IMG/VR virus record: IMGVR_UViG_2531839486_000019
Span: 1 to 38,567 of that record
Length of the DNA: 38,567 nucleotides
Direction: 5' to 3' (one strand)
Source of the DNA: a virus
Lineage: Duplodnaviria; Heunggongvirae; Uroviricota; Caudoviricetes
A model generated the notes under the pieces. That model saw only the letters and a program-made list of their open reading frames with translations. It searched no databases and was not told the origin of the DNA. The translations under genes were made by a program, and so were the position numbers. Of the stretch, positions 34,077-38,567 are shown in pieces; the stretch's first letter is position 1; every line of letters begins with the position of its first letter.

Positions 34077-34894
34077 AACCGGGAATTTATTTCGACATCA
34101 GCAACGAAGACTACCACGCCGGTGACGGAGTGAGTAAGTCGCAACTAGACATGGTTGCCAAGAATCCGGCGCTTCTTAAATGGGTTCAGGCAGCACCAGA
34201 AGACGAAGAGAAAAAGTCTGCACTGGATATGGGAACCGCATTGCACTGTCTGCTTCTGGAGCCTGGAGAGTTCGACAAACGCTTCATTGTTTCACCGAAA
34301 TTCGATCGTCGGACGAAACAAGGTAAAGCTGACGAAGAGGCATTTCTTCGTGATGTGGCGGATATGGGGATTACGGTACTTGATGCCGAGCAGTGGCGGA
34401 AACTGGAGCTGATGCGTGATAGCGCAATGGCTCACCCGGCGGCACGCTGGATGCTGGAAGCACCTGGTTACTGCGAAGCATCAATGTACTGGAACGATGA
34501 AGATACTGGTGAGTTGTGCCGAATTCGTCCAGACAAATGGCTGAACGAGCACAACGTGATCGTCGACGTGAAAAAGGTTGCAGATATGGACCGTTTTGCA
34601 CGCCACATCGAGGAATTCCGCTACCACGTGCAGGACGCAATGTACCGCGAAGGCGCAATGAGGGTTACTGGTCAGCCGCATGGTTTTTTCTTTCTTGCCG
34701 TGAGCGAAAGCATTGATTGTGGTCGATATCCGGTACGCGTGTTCGAGCTGGATGCGACGGATGTCGATGCCGGGCACGCTCTGTTCCGCCGGGATCTGAA
34801 TACCTATCACGAATGCCGCATCAACGATGAGTGGGGCGGAGTGGAAATTATTAAACGCCCTGACTGGGCACGTAAACAGGATATGTACGTATGA
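34073..34894 (+). CDS. putative exonuclease (RecE/YqaJ-like PD-(D/E)xK recombination exonuclease)
   Basis: N-terminal IYFDISNEDYHAGDGVSKSQL pattern typical of phage recombination exonucleases; paired with a downstream RecT-like gene. Confidence 0.65.
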   Translation: MKPGIYFDISNEDYHAGDGVSKSQLDMVAKNPALLKWVQAAPEDEEKKSALDMGTALHCLLLEPGEFDKRFIVSPKFDRRTKQGKADEEAFLRDVADMGITVLDAEQWRKLELMRDSAMAHPAARWMLEAPGYCEASMYWNDEDTGELCRIRPDKWLNEHNVIVDVKKVADMDRFARHIEEFRYHVQDAMYREGAMRVTGQPHGFFFLAVSESIDCGRYPVRVFELDATDVDAGHALFRRDLNTYHECRINDEWGGVEIIKRPDWARKQDMYV

Positions 34895-35772
34895 GCAACG
34901 ACATCGCAATCACATCGCAGCCCGGCGCCACTGTAGGAACCGCCGCTGCAATCTTCAGCCCGGAGGGCATGAATCAACTGGTGCGCTTCGCTGATCTGAT
35001 GGCACAGAGCAAAGCCACCGTTCCGGCACACCTGGCTGGCAAGCCGGCAGACTGCCTGGCCGTGACCATGCAGGCGGCACAGTGGGGAATGAACCCTTTC
35101 GCCGTGGCGCAGAAAACGCATGTGGTAAACGGAACGTTAGGCTACGAAGCACAGTTGGTAAACGCGGTCGTATCCTCTTCCAGCCTGCTAGCGACACGCC
35201 TGAATTATCGCTGGAGCGGTGACTGGTCGAATGTTAACGGCAAAACAGATAAATCACCGAATCTGACGGTAACTGTGTCAGCAGTTCTTAAAGGAGAAGC
35301 AGAACCCCGTGAGCTTACCATCAGTATGGCGCAAGCCGGAGTGCGTAACTCTCCATTGTGGGAACAGGATCCGCGCCAGCAGCTTGCCTATCTTTGCACG
35401 AAACGATGGGCTCGCCTGCACGCTCCTGATGTACTTCTCGGTGTTTACACCCCTGACGAATTACAGGAAACGGCACCGCGCGTTGAGCGAGACATTACTC
35501 CGCAAACAACTACGGCTGCGGGAATGAATAGTCTGATCAACGCTAAAACAGTGAAAAAGCCTGATGAGCAAACGCGTAAAGCGGATAGCCGTGATCCAGA
35601 AGAAATGCTGATGGCCTTTACCAGCGCAGCGATGAATTACAGCACTGTCTCCGAACTGGATAAGGCTTACAAATACATTGCACAAAAACTTTCAGATGAT
35701 GACGAACTGCTGGCAAAAGCCACCGACGTTTACAGCGTTCGTCGGGAAGAATTAAACGAAACATCTATGTAA
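34891..35772 (+). CDS. RecT-like single-strand annealing recombinase
   Basis: 293 aa; core region (AQWGMNPFAVAQKTHVVNGTLGYEAQLVNAVV) resembles the RecT/Red-beta family; overlaps exonuclease stop. Confidence 0.65.
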   Translation: MSNDIAITSQPGATVGTAAAIFSPEGMNQLVRFADLMAQSKATVPAHLAGKPADCLAVTMQAAQWGMNPFAVAQKTHVVNGTLGYEAQLVNAVVSSSSLLATRLNYRWSGDWSNVNGKTDKSPNLTVTVSAVLKGEAEPRELTISMAQAGVRNSPLWEQDPRQQLAYLCTKRWARLHAPDVLLGVYTPDELQETAPRVERDITPQTTTAAGMNSLINAKTVKKPDEQTRKADSRDPEEMLMAFTSAAMNYSTVSELDKAYKYIAQKLSDDDELLAKATDVYSVRREELNETSM

Positions 35773-35821
35773 CCACCACCGCGGCGCCACGCGCGCCGCA
35801 CTGCAACCAAGAGAGGTATTT

Positions 35822-36070
35822 ATGAAAGGTGCATTAGGTAAGAAGGAACTCCTGGCGGTGGTGCCACTGTCATGGAGCACTATCGACCGTATGGAGCGCG
35901 CAGGGGAATTTCCTAAACGCTGGTATATCACCGATAAACGCTGCGCATGGAACCGTGACGAAGTTGAGCGTTGGCTTGATGAACGTCAAGCAGCAAGCCC
36001 GGCAGAGTTCCAGGGTAAAAAACCTCCTGTTCAGCAACGTGTATATCGTCCCGTGAGCAACGCTGCATGA
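35822..36070 (+). CDS. AlpA/excisionase-like winged-helix DNA-binding protein
   Basis: LLAVVPLSWSTIDRMERAGEFPKRWYITDKRCAWNRDEVERWLDE matches the AlpA/Xis-type HTH pattern. Confidence 0.6.
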   Translation: MKGALGKKELLAVVPLSWSTIDRMERAGEFPKRWYITDKRCAWNRDEVERWLDERQAASPAEFQGKKPPVQQRVYRPVSNAA

Positions 36071-36179
36071 GTGCGCTGCTAAGGCACTGGAGCAAATGGT
36101 CAGGATGGTACTTATTCCTGGCCTCTGTTTCAGCATGGCTTTATCTGCTGGCATTAATTTTCAGAGAGGGTTGGATTAA

Positions 36180-36479
36180 GTGAGAAAGTTAAGCCGACTT
36201 GAAAAATATCACATGAATAAGGTTTCAATGCGCAGCCCTTCAAAGGTTGTTGCCGTTACTCCTGCGGCGATAGAGATCGAAAAACGCGCGATTGAAAGAG
36301 AGAAAAAAGGGCAGTTCCGCATTGCCGCCCACCTTTGGCTTCAGTGTATGGATGTTGCTTCTGGTGATGTTGAGCGTGCAAGGATCGCGGTTCGCAGGGA
36401 CCAATGTATCACAAAAGGTAACGGCCTTCGCCGTGGCGACTATAGCGGCATAGGATGTTGTGGGGTGGTTTATGAATAA
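36180..36479 (+). CDS. hypothetical protein (small regulator-like)
   Basis: GTG start at 36180 with RBS GAGAGGG; alternative ATG starts at 36213 and 36228. Confidence 0.4.
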   Translation: MRKLSRLEKYHMNKVSMRSPSKVVAVTPAAIEIEKRAIEREKKGQFRIAAHLWLQCMDVASGDVERARIAVRRDQCITKGNGLRRGDYSGIGCCGVVYE

Positions 36480-37122
36480 GAAATACACACTAATCTATGC
36501 AGATCCACCCTGGGTATACCGGGACAAAGCCGCAGATGGTAATCGCGGTGCAGGTTTTAAATATCCGGTTATGAGTGTGCTGGATATCTGCCGCCTTCCT
36601 GTGTGGGACTTGGCCGATAAAAACTGTCTGTTGGCCATGTGGTGGGTGCCAACACAACCACTCGAAGCACTAAAAGTTGTTGAAGCCTGGGGATTCCGTC
36701 TGATGACCATGAAGGGCTTCACGTGGATAAAATGTGGTAGTCGACAACCAGATAAACTGGTTATGGGTATGGGACACATGACTCGCGCCAATAGTGAAGA
36801 TTGCCTGTTTGCGGTAAAGGGAAAACTACCTACGCGCATTAATGCAGGGATCGTTCAGTCATTTACCGCACCGCGGCTTGAGCATTCAAGAAAACCAGAT
36901 GTCGTTCGTGAAAAACTTGTGCAATTGTTAGGCGATGTTTCTCGCATTGAACTGTTCGCCCGCCAGTCGTCTCATGGCTTCGATGTTTGGGGGAATCAGT
37001 GCGAAGACCCGGCAGTGCAACTACACCCTGGATACGCGTTGGATATTGGCGGATTAACAAATGCATTCAGCAATGCTCCGCTGTCACCAACAGACAACCA
37101 GGGGCGGGAGCGTGCAGCATGA
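36472..37122 (+). CDS. MT-A70 family DNA N6-adenine methyltransferase (orphan)
   Basis: catalytic DPPW motif (LIYADPPWVY) near N-terminus; ATG 36472 with RBS GGGGTGG; no adjacent restriction gene. Confidence 0.8.
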   Translation: MNKKYTLIYADPPWVYRDKAADGNRGAGFKYPVMSVLDICRLPVWDLADKNCLLAMWWVPTQPLEALKVVEAWGFRLMTMKGFTWIKCGSRQPDKLVMGMGHMTRANSEDCLFAVKGKLPTRINAGIVQSFTAPRLEHSRKPDVVREKLVQLLGDVSRIELFARQSSHGFDVWGNQCEDPAVQLHPGYALDIGGLTNAFSNAPLSPTDNQGRERAA

Positions 37123-37313
37123 ACAGGGCATCACCAGCAGATTTAAGGAAATGCCTTGAAACTGCAAACATGCTTGCACACAGCGGGATCAGGTTTGTTC
37201 CAATTCCCGCTGTCACTGATGCTGAATTTGCAACACTGTCAGCAATATTCGCAGATAAAATTGAATCACTGGCAGCAGAAGCCGAGATGGAAGAAAATCA
37301 GCAGAATAATTAA
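37119..37313 (+). CDS. hypothetical 64-aa protein adjacent to the integrase
   Basis: ATG 37119-37121 overlaps methylase stop (ATGA); the longer track ORF 36987 overlaps the methylase. Confidence 0.45.
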   Translation: MNRASPADLRKCLETANMLAHSGIRFVPIPAVTDAEFATLSAIFADKIESLAAEAEMEENQQNN

Positions 37314-37316
37314 ACG

Positions 37317-38567
37317 TTATTCCCCCGCCATCCATTTCTCAAACTTCGACGGGGAGAACGGAATCAGATCCGTATGCTCCCCGTCAATCCAGGAATCAAT
37401 CATATCGGCCCACTGCTGCAACATCCAGGCGCGCTGTCTGGCGTATTCCGCTTTGTTATATACGGCGCGCACACCTTTCTGCTCATGTGCCAGAGCCTTT
37501 TCAATCCAGTCTGAAGGATAACCAGCCTCATGCAATAACGTACTGGCTGTACGGCGCATATCGTGTACGGTGAAGTCCTGAATATGCTCACCATTTTCAT
37601 TTATTATTTTCACCGTTCTGTCGATCAGAGAGTTCAGCGCGGCATTAGATAATGGCTTCCGGAAGTTGTAACGACCAGGAACCAGATATTCACTTCCACC
37701 AGCGCACATCTGCAGCCCGACCAATATATCCTGTGCCTGTTTAGGCAGGTAAATAACGTGCGCCCGGCTTCCCTTCATGCGGTCTGAAGGAATTGTCCAT
37801 GTCCATTTTTTAAAATCTATTTCATCCCACGTTGCGTTGGTGAATTCGCCTTTACGAACCATAGTGATAAGCACCAGCTTTAAAGCCATTTTCATAGTGC
37901 CCATAGCACCAATGGCATCCAGCGTGCGGAAGAACAGGCCAATTTCTTCTGGTGTCAGTGTTCGCTCTCTTGGTTTAAATATGGCGATAGACGAAGGTTT
38001 AATGTCAGCCGCAGGATTAAACAAACCATGACCACGGTCATTGGCGTGACGGTATACGCTGCTGATGATCTCCCTTGCCTGTACTGCTGTTGCCCGACCA
38101 CCGCGTTCGACAATCCGGTCACACAAATCACGAACCATCGATGTGGTAATTTCAGTCATCATTTTGTTGCCAAGAACCGGAAGTATGTCACGGTCGATCA
38201 CCGCCTGCTTCATTGCGCGGGTACTGTCAGCCAGGATGACGTGTTTCATATAACTGTCGGTATGTACCGTAAACGTCTCGGCACCACGAATCTTTTTGAT
38301 ACCGTCACGTTTAGCCGCAGCCGGTGACTGGCCTGCTTTAAGCAGCTTCTTTGCAGCAATCAGTTCTTCTCGCGCTTCTGCCAGGCTGATACCGTCACGC
38401 CCATACTGCCCGATTACCAGTGTTTCGCGGCGACCGTTGATACGGTAGTCATAGCGAAACGAGACCGTACCTGACGTAAGCACAGCTACATACAGCCCGT
38501 CACGATCGGAAACTTTGTACAGTTTGTCCTGTGGCTTGAGGTTCTTTAATTTTGTATCGGTAAGCAC
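37317..38567 (-). CDS. int: tyrosine site-specific integrase (P4-like); 5' end at or just beyond the window edge
   Basis: 416 aa; N-terminus LTDTKLKNLKPQDKLYKVSDRDGLYV typical of integrase arm-binding domain; C-terminal catalytic region with HDMRRT and conserved Tyr; first codon GTG at window edge. Confidence 0.85.
   Translation of the reverse strand: MLTDTKLKNLKPQDKLYKVSDRDGLYVAVLTSGTVSFRYDYRINGRRETLVIGQYGRDGISLAEAREELIAAKKLLKAGQSPAAAKRDGIKKIRGAETFTVHTDSYMKHVILADSTRAMKQAVIDRDILPVLGNKMMTEITTSMVRDLCDRIVERGGRATAVQAREIISSVYRHANDRGHGLFNPAADIKPSSIAIFKPRERTLTPEEIGLFFRTLDAIGAMGTMKMALKLVLITMVRKGEFTNATWDEIDFKKWTWTIPSDRMKGSRAHVIYLPKQAQDILVGLQMCAGGSEYLVPGRYNFRKPLSNAALNSLIDRTVKIINENGEHIQDFTVHDMRRTASTLLHEAGYPSDWIEKALAHEQKGVRAVYNKAEYARQRAWMLQQWADMIDSWIDGEHTDLIPFSPSKFEKWMAGE

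Larger units (their letters stand above)
1144..38567. mobile_element. temperate podovirus-like prophage; left end uncertain (1144-1265), right end beyond window
   Basis: contiguous phage modules: lysis, tailspike, T7-order structural genes, terminases, lambdoid immunity/replication, recombination, integrase at right edge. Confidence 0.8.

Noticed and set aside
36987-37118. 5' extension of the track ORF 36987..37313
   Set aside because: Overlaps the 3' end of the methyltransferase gene; the ATG at 37119 overlapping the methylase stop is the likely start.

Overview
Almost the whole window (about 1.15-38.57 kb) is one temperate, podovirus-like prophage; only the two lipoprotein genes at 1-1071 look host-like. 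All calls are from reading the sequence and ORF track by eye; no database search or folding was run, so family names are recognition-based. The prophage combines a T7-like structural gene order on the minus strand (terminase small/large, portal, scaffold, capsid, tail tubular A/B-like, internal virion proteins, tailspike) with a lambdoid control and replication region (CI-like and Cro-like divergent pair, O-like initiator with embedded iterons, lambda P-like loader, nin-type genes, RecE/RecT-like pair, MT-A70 methylase, tyrosine integrase at the right edge). The lysis cassette (two membrane proteins, GH19 endolysin, nested spanins) is at the left end. Plus-strand cargo cassettes are embedded in the late region: an acyltransferase-3 gene beside the tailspike, an 85-aa gene, and a tRNA-Arg(UCU) operon. 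The most interesting signals are regulatory rather than a recognisable defence system: (1) a 15-bp dyad TTACC-N5-GGT(A/G)A at nine intergenic sites, including both flanks of the CI-like gene and the promoters of the cargo genes; (2) three paralogous promoter modules sharing AACCACATA; (3) a 12-bp perfect palindrome GTGACATGTCAC at three late-operon junctions; (4) a long leader and tandem terminators around the phage tRNA. Minor start-codon adjustments to the ORF track are noted per gene.
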